From the NCBI GenBank assembly GCA_963796275.1, contig CAWCKY010000006.1, forward strand, positions 1,088,001-1,152,000: a DNA stretch of 64,000 nt. The letters run 5' to 3'. Shown piece by piece: positions 43,381-55,082 of the stretch. A model generated the notes under the pieces. The model ran no database searches, was not told where the DNA came from, and was given only the letters and a program-made list of their open reading frames with translations. The DNA comes from an uncultured Acidobacteriota bacterium (lineage in GTDB: Bacteria > Acidobacteriota > Blastocatellia > RBC074). A program made the position numbers and the translations under genes. How positions within the stretch are numbered: position 1 is the first letter of the stretch; every line of letters begins with the position of its first letter.

Positions 43381-44604
43381 ATGTCGGAAAACATCAAAAG
43401 AAGACATTTTATGGCCAGTGCTGGCATCGCCGGCGCGAGCCTGCTGACCGCAAAATCCTACGCTCGCGTTATCGGCGCAAACGAGCGAATACAACTCGGC
43501 ATTATCGGGTCGGGCGGTCGCGGCCGCAGTTTGATGGGTTCGTTCAAACAATTTTCCGATCTTTGCGAATTCATTGCCGTCTGCGATGTCTATGAGCCGA
43601 ACGTCAATGCCGCATTGAAGCTTTCGCGCGAAAACGCCAAAACGACGGTCGATTACAAAGAGCTGCTCGCCAACAAGGATGTCGTCGCCGTGGTCAATGG
43701 CACGCCCGATCACTGGCATTCCAGTGTCCTGCTCGATTCGGTAGCCGCAGGCAAGGATGTTTACACGGAGAAACCGTTCTCATATTCGATCGAACAGGGA
43801 GTGAAGATGGTTAAGGGAGTGCGGGGAACTAAACAGATCGTGCAGGTAGGCATGCAGCGCCGTAGCTCGGAAGCAGTGCGAGGCGCCAAAAAATTGGTCG
43901 ATGACGGCGTCCTCGGCGAAATCGTGCTCGCGCGCGCTCAGTGGTACTGGAACCGCAAGCCCATGCCGGCGAAGTTGGAGCTCAAGGGCAAGCTCGACTG
44001 GGACCGCTTTCAGGGGCCGGCCAAGAAGCGCCATCCGCTCGACGAACGCCGGTTCTTTCATTGGCGCAATTTTTTCGATTACAACGGCGGGCACATGACC
44101 GATCAAGGGACACATCTGATGGACGTGATTCAGTGGTTCTGCAACGATGGCAATCCCCCGCGCTCGGCCGTTTGCCAGGGAATGATTCATGCGCACAAAG
44201 GCGGCGACGTGCCCGACACGTTCACCGCAGTTTTCGAATATCCCGCATTTTTAGCGACCTGGACTCTTTGCTACAGCAACTCCTATCACAATGGCTGGCA
44301 GATCATTCTGCAGGGACGTAACGCGACGATGGAGTTGGACGAAGATGGATATCGCGTTTTTCCCGAGCCGTGGAAAGAGACCAACGAGGCGCCCCCGGTC
44401 GTACACAATTACAAAGGCGGGATCCCGACAGAGCCGCACGTGAAAAACTTCCTCGAATGCATAAAGTCTCGTCAGGAACCCAACGCGCCGGTGGAAGTGG
44501 GCCATCATGCTGTCACCGGCCCGCATCTTGCCAACATGGCTCTGAAACAACAAAAACGAGTTGAGCTGAATGGTCTTGGATCGATCGCAAAAAACGACGG
44601 CTAG
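43381..44604 (+). CDS. Tat-exported Gfo/Idh/MocA oxidoreductase
   Basis: KRRHFM signal, [20 protein letters not shown] and DQGTH. Confidence 0.9.
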   Translation: MSENIKRRHFMASAGIAGASLLTAKSYARVIGANERIQLGIIGSGGRGRSLMGSFKQFSDLCEFIAVCDVYEPNVNAALKLSRENAKTTVDYKELLANKDVVAVVNGTPDHWHSSVLLDSVAAGKDVYTEKPFSYSIEQGVKMVKGVRGTKQIVQVGMQRRSSEAVRGAKKLVDDGVLGEIVLARAQWYWNRKPMPAKLELKGKLDWDRFQGPAKKRHPLDERRFFHWRNFFDYNGGHMTDQGTHLMDVIQWFCNDGNPPRSAVCQGMIHAHKGGDVPDTFTAVFEYPAFLATWTLCYSNSYHNGWQIILQGRNATMELDEDGYRVFPEPWKETNEAPPVVHNYKGGIPTEPHVKNFLECIKSRQEPNAPVEVGHHAVTGPHLANMALKQQKRVELNGLGSIAKNDG

Positions 44605-44884
44605 ACCTATAATCAACTTCTGTATAACTTTTTACTGGTCTGAAGGGAGAGGTAAACGAAATCGAGCTCCTCCCTTCAGCTCCGGAATTAGCCCTTCAAA
44701 GTTAGTCAAGCCCACTAGACCCTTATTTTGATGTAATGTTAGCCTACACAAATCACTGAGGCAGTGTTGTATTTCAATTCGAAATAATTCTTAAAAACCC
44801 GGTCTTCAAATAGCGCCTATCTCTCAGTGCTTATCACGGCAAGCAAAAATAGGCCGGGCGGAAAAAGATATTTCTCTTATTGGA

Positions 44885-44899
44885 TGGCATGCTAATTGC
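44885..44899 (+). promoter_or_regulatory. Sigma54 (-24/-12) promoter
   Basis: TGGCATGCTAATTGC matches TGGCACG-N4-TTGC with exact spacing and one mismatch. Confidence 0.7.
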
Positions 44900-44976
44900 C
44901 TTTTTAGCTTAGAAGAAAGTTAGGTTAATGCCCATAAAACATTAGAGAGAAAGAAGTCCGGAGCCGCGTTGAGATT

Positions 44977-45129
44977 ATGAACTTTCTTGAGACTCTCATT
45001 GAAATATTGTTGTACTTACCGATTCTTATCATTCCGATTGGATTGCTCTTCTGGTACGCGTTCGTCGCGAGAGGCAGAAGTGAGAAGGCCGAACTGACAG
45101 CGGAGAAATCCGAAGAGCGTGATGTCTGA
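44977..45129 (+). CDS. 50-aa single-TM small protein (not in the ORF track)
   Basis: MNFLETLIEILLYLPILIIPIGLLFWYAFVARGRSEKAELTAEKSEERDV*: hydrophobic helix followed by a positive-inside RGR; 77 nt after the sigma54 motif. Confidence 0.65.
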   Translation: MNFLETLIEILLYLPILIIPIGLLFWYAFVARGRSEKAELTAEKSEERDV

Positions 45130-45309
45130 GTAACCCCACACCTTCCTGCGACCTGATTTCTTGAATAACTTTATCTCAACTATTTCGCGATCTCGATAAG
45201 ATAAATGAGAGTATGTCTGGCGTACCGACATCCGCCTCAGATGACGAAGCCCGTTTCGGCAGAGGAAATCAGACAATCAGCGTCGTAAAAAGCAGACGTC
45301 GTGGTTGAG

Positions 45310-46521
45310 CTACTTACCGGCTGAGTCCGTTCGATAATCGCGCCACAGCCAGCGCAGCGAATCAGGTAGGATCGCGCGCCCGTGCTTATCGCTGTGAAAG
45401 CCGTTACCGTATTCGAACTTGTAATCGTAGCCGGCAAATGCCAGAGCTTTGGCCATCTGCTGATTGGCGAGCGGCCAATTGCCGTTACGATTGTCCAGGT
45501 CATTCGATCCGTCCTGCAAAAAGATGCGAATGGGTTTTTTCGGTGTTTTGCGGATGAGTGCGGGGTAGTTGTGACCGCCTTCGCGCATTGTCGGGCCGTT
45601 AGCGATATTGACGAAGCTGCCTACCCACGACAGCACTTTGCTGAATTCGTTCGGACGTTCCCAGGCCACTGTCCACGCGCAGATCCCGCCGCTGCTGCTG
45701 CCTGCGATCGCGCGGCTCGCCGCATCTTGACGAAGTTTATATGTTTTCCCGACCTCCGGCAGGATCTCTTCAAGCAGGAAACGGGCGTATTGGTCGCTCA
45801 ACGTATCATATTCAAAACTTCTGTTTCGCTTGCCATCCGCCTTCACCCCTGGTGCGAGGAAGATGCCGATTGTCACGGGCATATGGCCTTTCGCGATCAG
45901 ATTGTCGAAGACAACCGGCGCGTATTTCTGTGCATTCTGCCCATCTTGAAAGACCATAACGCACGCCGGTTCTTCAGGTTTGTATTGCGCGGGAGCATAG
46001 ACCCACCAGTCGCGCGTCGTGTCTTCGAAAATTTTGCTAGACCATTTCGGCATCTGGGTCAATTTACCTTGTGGCACGCCGGTATTTTTGCGGCTGTCGG
46101 GATGTGTCGAATAGACTTCGAGGTTGCGATCCTTAAACTTTTGATCGCCGATCTCATAATGCCATATCATCGCTCCTCCCCACGGTAACCCGGCGATTCC
46201 GCAATAGAGATCGGTACTCCCTATCCTGGTCAGAGGCAGGCTGAATTTCCCATCGACCGAGACTACACGCGGTTCGGATTTTGCGCCCGGCGCTTCGATC
46301 GCCCAGACAACCGCCAATTCATCGATGATCGCATCGGCGCCCGCCCGCAAATCAGCGTCTTTGAAATATGCACGTATCCTGCGGGCGACCTGTTCTGCTT
46401 CCGCGCCGCGCGGATTCGCGGCTATCGCGGCGCTAAGCGATTTCGGTGATTCATCCTGAATAGCGATGGGGATGAACGACGAGAGCAAAGTGAGAACCAA
46501 GAAAATCCTCGTAGTCATCAT
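45310..46521 (-). CDS. Secreted Fes/enterochelin-esterase-like alpha/beta hydrolase
   Basis: Signal peptide, MVFQDG, RSFEYD, GSSSGG nucleophile elbow and GFHSDKHG. Confidence 0.88.
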   Translation of the reverse strand: MMTTRIFLVLTLLSSFIPIAIQDESPKSLSAAIAANPRGAEAEQVARRIRAYFKDADLRAGADAIIDELAVVWAIEAPGAKSEPRVVSVDGKFSLPLTRIGSTDLYCGIAGLPWGGAMIWHYEIGDQKFKDRNLEVYSTHPDSRKNTGVPQGKLTQMPKWSSKIFEDTTRDWWVYAPAQYKPEEPACVMVFQDGQNAQKYAPVVFDNLIAKGHMPVTIGIFLAPGVKADGKRNRSFEYDTLSDQYARFLLEEILPEVGKTYKLRQDAASRAIAGSSSGGICAWTVAWERPNEFSKVLSWVGSFVNIANGPTMREGGHNYPALIRKTPKKPIRIFLQDGSNDLDNRNGNWPLANQQMAKALAFAGYDYKFEYGNGFHSDKHGRAILPDSLRWLWRDYRTDSAGK

Positions 46522-46753
46522 TGTTTCCTCTTAGTTTTTCTTCGTTTTCTGTCGATGTGATGATAATGATTGGTGAAGCAGTGCAATCTATCACGAAACT
46601 GCAGTATTTCAAAAGTTAGGCCCCTGTGCTATCTTTTGCATCGATCTATTGTCAAACAATAATTCAATATAAAGAGGAAATCTAAGAGGAAATCTAAGAG
46701 AGGAAAATGTTCTTATTTTCCTGTCGTACAAGTTCCTACGTGTCAGGAGTCAT

Positions 46754-49700
46754 ATGTCGCGAATGATCAAATTCCTGATCTGCGGCCTTTTTGCCATCGC
46801 CGTCGTCTACCAGGTGATCACGTGTCAGCCTCGCGCCGCTGCGCAATCTCGCGTTGATTTCAAACGCGACGTCGAACCGATCTTTGCTCAGGCATGTCAT
46901 CAATGCCACGGCGCAAAGCGAGTTCTGGGAAAATTGCGTCTTGATAACAAGGGTATGGCTATGAAGGGAGGCTTTTCAGGTCCCAGCATCCTGCCGGGGA
47001 ACAGTAAGGAGAGCAGGTTGATGCAGCGGATCCTGGGTGAAGGCGATGAAGTTCAGATGCCGATGGGCGGGGACCCGCTCAAACCCGAGCAGATAGAGTT
47101 GATCCGTAAATGGATCGATGAAGGCGCGCATTGGCCTGATTCCGTGGAGAAAGCCGAAATCCCCTGGCATTGGGCATACATCAAACCGCATCGACCCGAA
47201 TTGCCAGGTGTCAAAAACAAGAGCTGGGTGGGCAATCCGATTGATGCCTTCATTCTGGCGCGACTTGAAAGTGAAGGTTTGCAGCCGTCGCCGGAAGCGA
47301 ATAAAGCCATATTGCTGCGCCGCGTCTACCTGGACCTTACCGGGCTGCCTCCCAGTGTGGAAGAGGTGGATGACTTCCTGGCTGACAGCTCGCGTGATGC
47401 CTATGAGAAAGTAGTTGACCGATTGCTCGCGTCGCCCGGCTATGGCGAGCGGTGGGCCCGCCCGTGGCTCGACCTCGCACGTTATGCCGACTCAAATGGA
47501 TATGAGGCCGATCATCCCCGGGTCATGTGGAAATACCGCGATTGGGTGATCAACGCCCTCAACCGGGATATGCCCTTTGATCAATTCACCATCGAGCAGA
47601 CCGCCGGAGACATGCTTCCCGGTGCGACGACCGATCAACGTATTGCGACGGGGTTTCACCGCAATACGATGGTCAATATGGAAGGCGGGATCGATCCCGA
47701 AGAAAATCGCTTTGAAATATTGGTCGATCGCGTTAACACGACGGCGACCGTATGGCTGGGATCGACCATTGCCTGCGCCCAGTGCCATAACCACAAGTAC
47801 GACCCATTTTCGCAAAAAGAGTACTATCAATTGATGGCCATCTTCGATAACTCCGAATATAAAATCGATGGTGGTACACATAGCCGGCACGTTTACGAGC
47901 CGCAGTTGAGCCTGCCTACCACTGTTCAGGCGGCGAAACAGAAAGTAATGGAAGGGGAATTGAAACGGCTAGAAACGAAGCTCAAGCAGCAAACGCCGGT
48001 GCTCGATGCCGCGCAGGTGAAATGGGAAATCGGGCAAATAAACGAAAAAGATGACTGGACCGTTCTCAATCCCACCGAGTTGGCTTCTACCGGGGGCGCA
48101 ACGCTGAAAGAGCTGGGAGACGGATCGGTCCTCGTGAGCGGGGCGAAGGCCGAGCAGGATATCTATACGGTCACCGCCAGGACGGGGTTGAATGGGATCA
48201 CCGGCATCCGCCTCGAGGCTCTCCCCGACGAAAGTCTGCCGAAAGGCGGACCGGGGCGCGATCCTTATGGCAATTTCTTTTTGACAGGAATTGAAGTCCT
48301 CGCCGCCCCGATCTCAGGGGCAGCTAAACGGGCGGTCCGTTTCGATAAAGCGCTGGTGGACGATGCGGCATATGGAGTTGCCGTCAAGGAGTTCTTCGGC
48401 GGCGAATCCGTAAATGTCGCTACCGATCAACCGCCCGGATGGTTCGTCAATGCGACAAACGATCAGACGCGGCTTGCGCGTCAGGGAGTCTTTGTCCCCG
48501 AGAAGCCATTTGGATTGGAAGGGGGGACAATTCTGACGATCGGGTTAAAACATCTGGGTGGATCGCTCAATCAGGGCATCGGCAGGTTCCGCCTATCTGT
48601 GACGACTGACGCAGAGCCGGGCCGCATTGTGGGCATACCGGCGCGCATGCGCCAGATACTTGCGATCCCGGCGGATTCCCGCACGAAGAAACAGGCCGAG
48701 GATTTATCCGGGCAATTCCGCGCAGTTACCCCTCTGCTCAAGTATGAGCGGGAACGGATAACGCAATTGAAAAAAGATATGAGGGCCCTGGGTATAGTTA
48801 CTGCGCTGGTGATGCAGGAGCGCAATTCGCCCGGCCCCCCTTCGACCTTCATCCGCGAACGAGGAAGCTTTTTGAATAAAGGCGAGCAGGTCTTTGCGGC
48901 GACGCCGGCGGTGTTAAACCCGGCTGTGTTAGACCATGATACGGAAAAGGCGCCGATTAATCGGCTGGGATTGGCGCGCTGGCTGGTCGATGAAGACAAC
49001 CCTCTGACTACGCGCGTGACCGTCAACAGATTCTGGGAGCATATCTTTGGCCGCGGCCTCGTCGAAACGAGCGAAGATTTTGGCACCCAAGGCGAGCCTC
49101 CGACACATCCCGAGTTGCTGGATTGGCTGGCAGTAGAATTCATGCAGCCGACCTGGGGGAAGGCTGGAAGCGGTTCGGCGGAGCGGGGAAGCGGGCCGAA
49201 TAAACCCCAATCCGCAACCCGCGATTCCCGGTCACAAGCCTGGAGCATGAAGAGGCTGATTCGATTGATCGTAACCTCGTCAACCTATCGCCAATCGTCT
49301 GCGACAACTCCCGCATTGATCGAAAAAGACCCATACAATCGCTTGCTGGCGCACGGTCCGCGCTTTCGTTTGGAGGCCGAAATGATACGAGACGTTTCAT
49401 TGGCCGCGAGCGGATTGCTGAGCCGGAAAATCGGAGGGCCGAGCGTTTTTCCTTATCAACCGGAAGGTATCTGGAATAATCCATACAGCTCGGAGAAATG
49501 GATACTCAGTAAAGGTGGTGACCGCTATCGGCGCGGTCTCTATACGTTCGTTCGTAGATCTTCGCCATATCCCGCGATGATGACCTTTGACGCGACGAGC
49601 CGCGAATACTGCACGGTGCGCCGCGTACGCACGAACACGCCCTTGCAGGCATTGACTATGCTGAATGACGAAGCCGCCATGGAGGCGGCGCGTGCATTGG

Positions 49701-49978
49701 CGCAACGTATGGTCACCATTCGCGGAAAGAGTATCGATGAGCGAATAATCCATGGGCTGCGATTGTGTGTTGCGCGAATGCCCGATCAGAAGGAGGTGGG
49801 ACGATTGGTCGAGTTGTATCAGCAGCAATTGAGTTATTTCCGATCACACAAGACGGAGGCTGATAAGATCAATGGCGATCTGAAGGCATCGGCAAATCAT
49901 ACCGATGCCGAGCTGGCGGCGTGGACGATGGTGGCCAATGTGTTGTTGAATTTAGATGAGACGCTGACCAAGGGGTGA
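46754..49978 (+). CDS. Planctomycete cytochrome c + DUF1549 + DUF1553 (PSD1) protein
   Basis: CHQCH and [11 protein letters not shown] haem-type motifs, [27 protein letters not shown] and TNTPLQAL. Confidence 0.93.
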   Translation: MSRMIKFLICGLFAIAVVYQVITCQPRAAAQSRVDFKRDVEPIFAQACHQCHGAKRVLGKLRLDNKGMAMKGGFSGPSILPGNSKESRLMQRILGEGDEVQMPMGGDPLKPEQIELIRKWIDEGAHWPDSVEKAEIPWHWAYIKPHRPELPGVKNKSWVGNPIDAFILARLESEGLQPSPEANKAILLRRVYLDLTGLPPSVEEVDDFLADSSRDAYEKVVDRLLASPGYGERWARPWLDLARYADSNGYEADHPRVMWKYRDWVINALNRDMPFDQFTIEQTAGDMLPGATTDQRIATGFHRNTMVNMEGGIDPEENRFEILVDRVNTTATVWLGSTIACAQCHNHKYDPFSQKEYYQLMAIFDNSEYKIDGGTHSRHVYEPQLSLPTTVQAAKQKVMEGELKRLETKLKQQTPVLDAAQVKWEIGQINEKDDWTVLNPTELASTGGATLKELGDGSVLVSGAKAEQDIYTVTARTGLNGITGIRLEALPDESLPKGGPGRDPYGNFFLTGIEVLAAPISGAAKRAVRFDKALVDDAAYGVAVKEFFGGESVNVATDQPPGWFVNATNDQTRLARQGVFVPEKPFGLEGGTILTIGLKHLGGSLNQGIGRFRLSVTTDAEPGRIVGIPARMRQILAIPADSRTKKQAEDLSGQFRAVTPLLKYERERITQLKKDMRALGIVTALVMQERNSPGPPSTFIRERGSFLNKGEQVFAATPAVLNPAVLDHDTEKAPINRLGLARWLVDEDNPLTTRVTVNRFWEHIFGRGLVETSEDFGTQGEPPTHPELLDWLAVEFMQPTWGKAGSGSAERGSGPNKPQSATRDSRSQAWSMKRLIRLIVTSSTYRQSSATTPALIEKDPYNRLLAHGPRFRLEAEMIRDVSLAASGLLSRKIGGPSVFPYQPEGIWNNPYSSEKWILSKGGDRYRRGLYTFVRRSSPYPAMMTFDATSREYCTVRRVRTNTPLQALTMLNDEAAMEAARALAQRMVTIRGKSIDERIIHGLRLCVARMPDQKEVGRLVELYQQQLSYFRSHKTEADKINGDLKASANHTDAELAAWTMVANVLLNLDETLTKG

Positions 49979-49982
49979 GATA

Positions 49983-51419
49983 ATGAACGATCGAAACGAA
50001 CAATTGCAACAGTTTACGCGCCGCCACTTCTTCAGGCAAACGGGGTTTGGCATCGGAGCGATGGCCCTTTCGTCACTGTTCGGTGAAAAGATTTACGCCG
50101 GCGACGAAAACCCAACGCCGCGAGGACCGCATTTCCCGCCGAAGGCCAAAAACATCATCTACCTATTTATGGCCGGCGCGCCGTCGCAGCTCGACCTCTT
50201 CGATCACAAACCCAAACTCAAGCAGTATGACGGGCAGCCGATTCCGGAGGATTTCATCAAGGGTGAACGGTTTGCTTTCATCAAAGGAACCCCGCAATTG
50301 CTCGGCTCTCCGTTCAATTTCAGGAAGTGCGGTAAATCGGGCAACGAACTATCCGAATTACTGCCCAATCTGGCTGAGCACGCGGATGATATCGCGATCG
50401 TACGAACGCTTCATACGGCACAGTTCAATCACGCTCCCGCGCAGATTTTTATCAACACGGGGCACCAGATACCCGGGCGGCCGAGCTTCGGATCGTGGCT
50501 GATGTATGGTCTGGGAAGCGATAACAAAGACCTGCCGGGCTTTGTCGTTTTGCTTTCGGGAGAGAACAATCCAGATGGCGGCAAATCATGCTGGGGGAGC
50601 GGATTTTTGCCTACTGTGCATCAGGGCGTGGAGTTCCGTTCGAAAGGTGAGCCGGTGCTCTTCGTCGGCAACCCCGATGGAATGGAGAATGAGGTACGCA
50701 GATCGTCGCTCGATGCGATTCGCGACCTCAATAAGATGCGGCTCGACGTGACGGGCGATCCCGAGATCGACACGCGCATCGCCGCTTATGAGCTGGCCTA
50801 CCGCATGCAGACGAGCGTCCCCGAATTGACCGAAATCTCGAAAGAGCCGGCCAAGATTCACGAGATGTATGGAACTAGGCCGGGCGAAACTTCGTTTGCC
50901 AACAACTGTCTGCTCGCGCGCCGCCTGGTCGAACGCGGCGTGCGATTCGTCCAGCTTTATCACTGGGGATGGGATACTCACGGGAATTCGGTCGGCACGG
51001 ACATCGTCGGCAAGCTGCCGCGCATCTGCCGCGAAACCGACAGACCGATTGGCGCTCTCCTCACCGATTTGAAGCAGCGCAACCTGCTGGATGATACGAT
51101 TGTGATTTGGGGCGGCGAGTTCGGCCGCACGCCAATGAACGAAGCCCGCAATGGTTCGAAACTCCTGGGCCGCGATCATCATCCGCGGGCATTCTCCGTC
51201 TGGCTGGCTGGCGGCGGGATTAAACCCGGAGTGACTGTGGGTGAAACCGACGAACTGGGTTATAACCCGATAGCCGATCCGGTCGACGTTCACGATCTGC
51301 ACGCGACCATCCTGCACCTCATGGGTATCGATCATTCGAAGCTGACCTACAAGTTTCAGGGGCGCGAGTTCAGATTGACCGACGTACACGGAAATGTTGT
51401 GAACAAGCTGTTGGCTTAA
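49983..51419 (+). CDS. DUF1501 (sulfatase-like) Tat protein
   Basis: [43 protein letters not shown] and GRDHHP. Confidence 0.93.
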   Translation: MNDRNEQLQQFTRRHFFRQTGFGIGAMALSSLFGEKIYAGDENPTPRGPHFPPKAKNIIYLFMAGAPSQLDLFDHKPKLKQYDGQPIPEDFIKGERFAFIKGTPQLLGSPFNFRKCGKSGNELSELLPNLAEHADDIAIVRTLHTAQFNHAPAQIFINTGHQIPGRPSFGSWLMYGLGSDNKDLPGFVVLLSGENNPDGGKSCWGSGFLPTVHQGVEFRSKGEPVLFVGNPDGMENEVRRSSLDAIRDLNKMRLDVTGDPEIDTRIAAYELAYRMQTSVPELTEISKEPAKIHEMYGTRPGETSFANNCLLARRLVERGVRFVQLYHWGWDTHGNSVGTDIVGKLPRICRETDRPIGALLTDLKQRNLLDDTIVIWGGEFGRTPMNEARNGSKLLGRDHHPRAFSVWLAGGGIKPGVTVGETDELGYNPIADPVDVHDLHATILHLMGIDHSKLTYKFQGREFRLTDVHGNVVNKLLA

Positions 51420-51609
51420 CCGCAATCGGGAGAGCAATTGAGAACATCGTCCTCGATAAGATCGGGTTGGCTTGCGAGTTCGCTTTACACATCGTGCAGA
51501 TTTATCGGAAACTGACCGAGCGAATATGTCCTGAGCAAGAATTTGTTGAGCGAATGGGCAATGACTAATGACCAATTCAATTAATCAAATGGCACGAAAG
51601 GAGCCGCTG

Positions 51610-52884
51610 ATGTCTGAATCAAACCGTTCTCGGAGGGAATTCATCACCCAAACTACCACTATAGCTGCGGGCGCGGCATTTACTGCTGCCAGCTGGAACA
51701 AAGTGCTTGGCGCTAATGATCGTGTGCGGCTTGGTGTCATAGGCACGGGTAATCGCGGCTCTGACGTGATGAGCGTGTTTCTGAAAGAGGCCGATGTGGA
51801 AGTCACCTCGATTTGTGACTGCTATGACAAACATCTGAATAATGCTCTCAAAATGACGGAGGGCAAGGCGAAGACCTATACGGATTATCGCGCGCTGCTC
51901 GACTCCAAAGATGTGGACGCGGTACTGGCCGCCACGCCAGATCCCTGGCATAAGCAGATGGCGATCGACGCTTGCAGGGCGGAAAAAGATATTTATATCG
52001 AAAAGCCGCTCACCTTCTCGATTGAAGAGGGCCACGAGATCGTAAAGGCAGTCAAAGCGTCGAACCGGGTGTTGCAGGTAGGGCTGCAACAGCGCAGCGG
52101 CGAGCATTACAAGATCGCCAAGGAAGAATATTTCGAAAAAGGCAAACTCGGCAAGGTCACGCTGGTGCGCACGTGGTGGCATGGCAACGGGTACCATCTG
52201 CGGACACCGAATTTCACCGAACAGCCTGCCGGTCTCGATTGGAAGGCCTTCCTCGGACCGGTGAAGTTCCGGCCATTCGATGCGCATCAGTTCTATAACT
52301 GGCGAGCCTATCTGGATTTCGGCGGAGGGCAGATCACCGACCTCTTCACGCACTGGATCGACGTGGTGCATTGGTTCATCGGTGAAGATTTGCCGGTTGC
52401 TGCGACGGCGGCAGGCGGCGTCTTTCATTACAACGATGGGCGCACCGCTCCCGACACTATCTCGATTCAACTTGAATATCCCGGCAAATGGGTGGCCACG
52501 TTCGATGCGACGCTCGTTCCCGGCGCGCGCGGGGCGGCGATCGAGTTTATGGGCTCGGAGGGAAATTTGTATATCGATCGCGGCGGGTTCAGGTATCAGG
52601 AAAAGGCCGTTCGTGGCGGACCGCCGGCGGAGCCGGTCGTGCACAGAAACACCAAGTCTCTCGAACAGCAGCACGTCAAGAACTTCGTCGCATGCGTCAA
52701 GTCCCGTCAACTGCCAAATTCCGATGTCGTCAGCGGACATCGTTCGGCTCTGGCTTCCCACCTGGGGAAGATGGCTTACCTGCAGAAGAAGCGCCTGACG
52801 TTCAACCCGATCAGCGAAAAGGATCACATCTTGAACCCCAATATGGCGAAAGCTCCGGCGAAAGCCAGCGATCCGGATAAGTAA
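51610..52884 (+). CDS. Tat-exported Gfo/Idh/MocA oxidoreductase
   Basis: SRREFI signal, GVIGTGNRG, TPDPWH and YIEKP. Confidence 0.9.
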   Translation: MSESNRSRREFITQTTTIAAGAAFTAASWNKVLGANDRVRLGVIGTGNRGSDVMSVFLKEADVEVTSICDCYDKHLNNALKMTEGKAKTYTDYRALLDSKDVDAVLAATPDPWHKQMAIDACRAEKDIYIEKPLTFSIEEGHEIVKAVKASNRVLQVGLQQRSGEHYKIAKEEYFEKGKLGKVTLVRTWWHGNGYHLRTPNFTEQPAGLDWKAFLGPVKFRPFDAHQFYNWRAYLDFGGGQITDLFTHWIDVVHWFIGEDLPVAATAAGGVFHYNDGRTAPDTISIQLEYPGKWVATFDATLVPGARGAAIEFMGSEGNLYIDRGGFRYQEKAVRGGPPAEPVVHRNTKSLEQQHVKNFVACVKSRQLPNSDVVSGHRSALASHLGKMAYLQKKRLTFNPISEKDHILNPNMAKAPAKASDPDK

Positions 52885-53029
52885 ATTGCTGAGGAGGATG
52901 GGGAGACCGATGTCTCCTCATCTCCTCTCTCTCCTACCCTTCACCCCACCAGATTCAGGCCGGCCAGGCCACTTCACTTTACCGCGGATTACATGCGAAT
53001 ACAGCAGTCGCCCCCCGCACACCAATTTT

Positions 53030-53098
53030 TGAACATGTTCAGAATTTCTCTTGACTCGAACCTTCGTCCGGGAATAGGATATGTTTCGAACATGTTCA
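53030..53098 (+). promoter_or_regulatory. Sigma70 promoter bracketed by two palindromic GAACATGTTC operators (probable TetR sites)
   Basis: TGAACATGTTCA at 53030-53041 and GAACATGTTC at 53088-53097, with TTGACT (53051)-18 nt-TAGGAT (53075) between them. Confidence 0.8.
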
Positions 53099-53147
53099 AA
53101 AGCGTTGTTTGCCGGCAGAGGTCGTTTGCAAGAAGAAAGGGGAAGAT

Positions 53148-53606
53148 ATGAATTTGAGCATCTTTACTTATCTGGTCTATCTTGTGGTGAGTATCTCGAT
53201 GACGATCTGGGTGGCGCAGACGCTCTACAAAAACGGGCGCTATTTCCTGATTGATGTCTTTCAGGGCGATTGGGCGATGGCCGATTCGGTCAATCGATTG
53301 CTGGTCGTGGGTTATTATCTGATCAATTTGGGATATATCTCTTTAATGCTGAAACTGGGTTATGCCGTTCCAGACATGACCGGAGCGATCGAGGCGTTGT
53401 CGGAAAAAGTCGGCATGGTGCTTGTCGTATCAGGCGTAATGCACTTCTTCAATCTCTACATCTTCAGCCGTATTCGCCGTCGCGGGACGCTGGACCGGGA
53501 CAATCAAAAGGTTCTTCCAGACCGACAGGCGAAGGTCGAGAGCGTATCCCGGGAAATAACGCAAAAACCGTTTTATCGATATCAGTCGATAGAGGCTCAG
53601 GATTGA
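53148..53606 (+). CDS. Conserved 3-TM membrane protein
   Basis: TIWVAQTLYKNG, ADSVNRLLVVGYYLINLGY and GVMHFFNL; RBS AAGGGG. Confidence 0.8.
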   Translation: MNLSIFTYLVYLVVSISMTIWVAQTLYKNGRYFLIDVFQGDWAMADSVNRLLVVGYYLINLGYISLMLKLGYAVPDMTGAIEALSEKVGMVLVVSGVMHFFNLYIFSRIRRRGTLDRDNQKVLPDRQAKVESVSREITQKPFYRYQSIEAQD

Positions 53607-53618
53607 AACACTTTTCCA

Positions 53619-54332
53619 ATGAAAAAGAGAACCGTCGATAGAAATAGGCGAGAAGATGCGCATCCACCTGCTAAAAAAAGTGTAGAGACCAGATCGCTCA
53701 TCCTCGAAACGGCGCTGGAGTTGTTGACCGAACGCGGATACGAAGCGACGACGATGCGTGCGATCGCTGAGGAAGCCGGCGTTGCGCTTGGGAATACGTA
53801 CTATTACTTCCGCTCTAAGGAGCATCTGATCCAGGCATTTTATGACAGGTTGCACGAACAGCATCGGGAGACCTGTATGCCGATTATGGAGCGCGAACAC
53901 ACGATGAAAGGAAGGCTGCTCGCTGTCATGCGGCAGATCCTGGCCAATATGGAGCCATATCATCAATTTGCCGGCGTTCTTTTCCGCACGGCGGCAGATC
54001 CGCACAGCCCGCTCAACCCTTTCAGTCCTGAGTCAGAGTCCGTCCGGAAAGAGAGCATCGAATGGTATGCCGAGGTCTTGAAGGGAACGAAAACAAAGGT
54101 CCCCGCCGATCTGGCCAGGGAACTACCGACGTTGCTCTGGCTCTACCACATGGGGGTCGTGCTGTTTTGGATTCATGATCGGTCGGCGAAACAGGTTAAG
54201 ACCTGGCGGCTGATGGAACATACCGTGGAGATCATTGCGCGAATGATCTCGATGGCCAGCCTGCCGCTGATGTATCCGCTTAGAAAATCCACGCTTCAGC
54301 TGCTCGCGGCTTTACGCGATGATACGGCCTAA
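53619..54332 (+). CDS. TetR/AcrR-family transcriptional regulator
   Basis: GYEATTMRAIAEEAGVALGNTYYYFRSKEHL HTH. Confidence 0.93.
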   Translation: MKKRTVDRNRREDAHPPAKKSVETRSLILETALELLTERGYEATTMRAIAEEAGVALGNTYYYFRSKEHLIQAFYDRLHEQHRETCMPIMEREHTMKGRLLAVMRQILANMEPYHQFAGVLFRTAADPHSPLNPFSPESESVRKESIEWYAEVLKGTKTKVPADLARELPTLLWLYHMGVVLFWIHDRSAKQVKTWRLMEHTVEIIARMISMASLPLMYPLRKSTLQLLAALRDDTA

Positions 54333-54348
54333 TAAGGGATTGTGAGTA

Positions 54349-54945
54349 ATGTTATCTCTCGTCAAACCAAGCGATGAAATGATCGATGTGCTGCTCAGGC
54401 AGTCAGGCAGTGAAGACCTCTCTTATCATTTCGTGGGAGCGACGCGCGGGTTATGTGAGCCGCCGGATGGTTATGATGGCGATCACAATCGTATCTGCCT
54501 GGGGACAGGGGAGCGAGTTTTTACGGCCGCGTGTTCGGCTCTGCGACGATGGCGCATGTTCGAACTCGGCTGGGTCGAGGTATGCAATCCGGATGCGCCG
54601 ATTCAACCCGGTACGGTCGTGTCGGTGGCGGCGCATTGTTTCGGGTTCTGGTGGTTAAATATCTGTCGCATTATTTATGTAATCGACAAGCCCGGCAATA
54701 TCCGCAAATTCGGGTTCGCGTATGGTACGACAGGCCATCACGTCGAACGCGGTGAAGAGCGATTCACTATTGAATGGCATGATGCCGACGATTCGGTTTG
54801 GTACGACATCTGCGCATTCTCGCAACCTGCCTATTGGATGGTAAGGCTCGGGTATCCCCTGGCGAGGCGATTACAAATGAAGTTCGCGCGAGATTCGAAA
54901 AATGCGATGTTGCAAGCAGTCAGGGGTTGTGATTACGTGGATTGA
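54349..54945 (+). CDS. DUF1990 family protein
   Basis: GFAYGT.GHHVERGEERF and VWYDICAFSQP. Confidence 0.85.
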   Translation: MLSLVKPSDEMIDVLLRQSGSEDLSYHFVGATRGLCEPPDGYDGDHNRICLGTGERVFTAACSALRRWRMFELGWVEVCNPDAPIQPGTVVSVAAHCFGFWWLNICRIIYVIDKPGNIRKFGFAYGTTGHHVERGEERFTIEWHDADDSVWYDICAFSQPAYWMVRLGYPLARRLQMKFARDSKNAMLQAVRGCDYVD

Positions 54946-55082
54946 AACGATATCCATCTGAAGGTAATGGCATTGAATTAAGATTCTGTGTGCCCTGAAG
55001 GCAGAAAGCAGTTGGCCATGTGACCGAACGCAGTCTTATGGATTCTGCTGGCGAATTCAGAAAATGAAATTATCGGCTCTTC

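Noticed and set aside
46671-46707. Short tandem duplication AAGAGGAAATCT (similar doublets at ~1450, ~28762 and ~35676)
   Set aside because: These are unrelated two-copy duplications, consistent with slippage and with no shared motif.
53031-53040. GAACATGTTC as a LexA SOS box
   Set aside because: The Gram-positive box is GAAC-N4-GTTC, whereas this has N2 and sits before a TetR operon.
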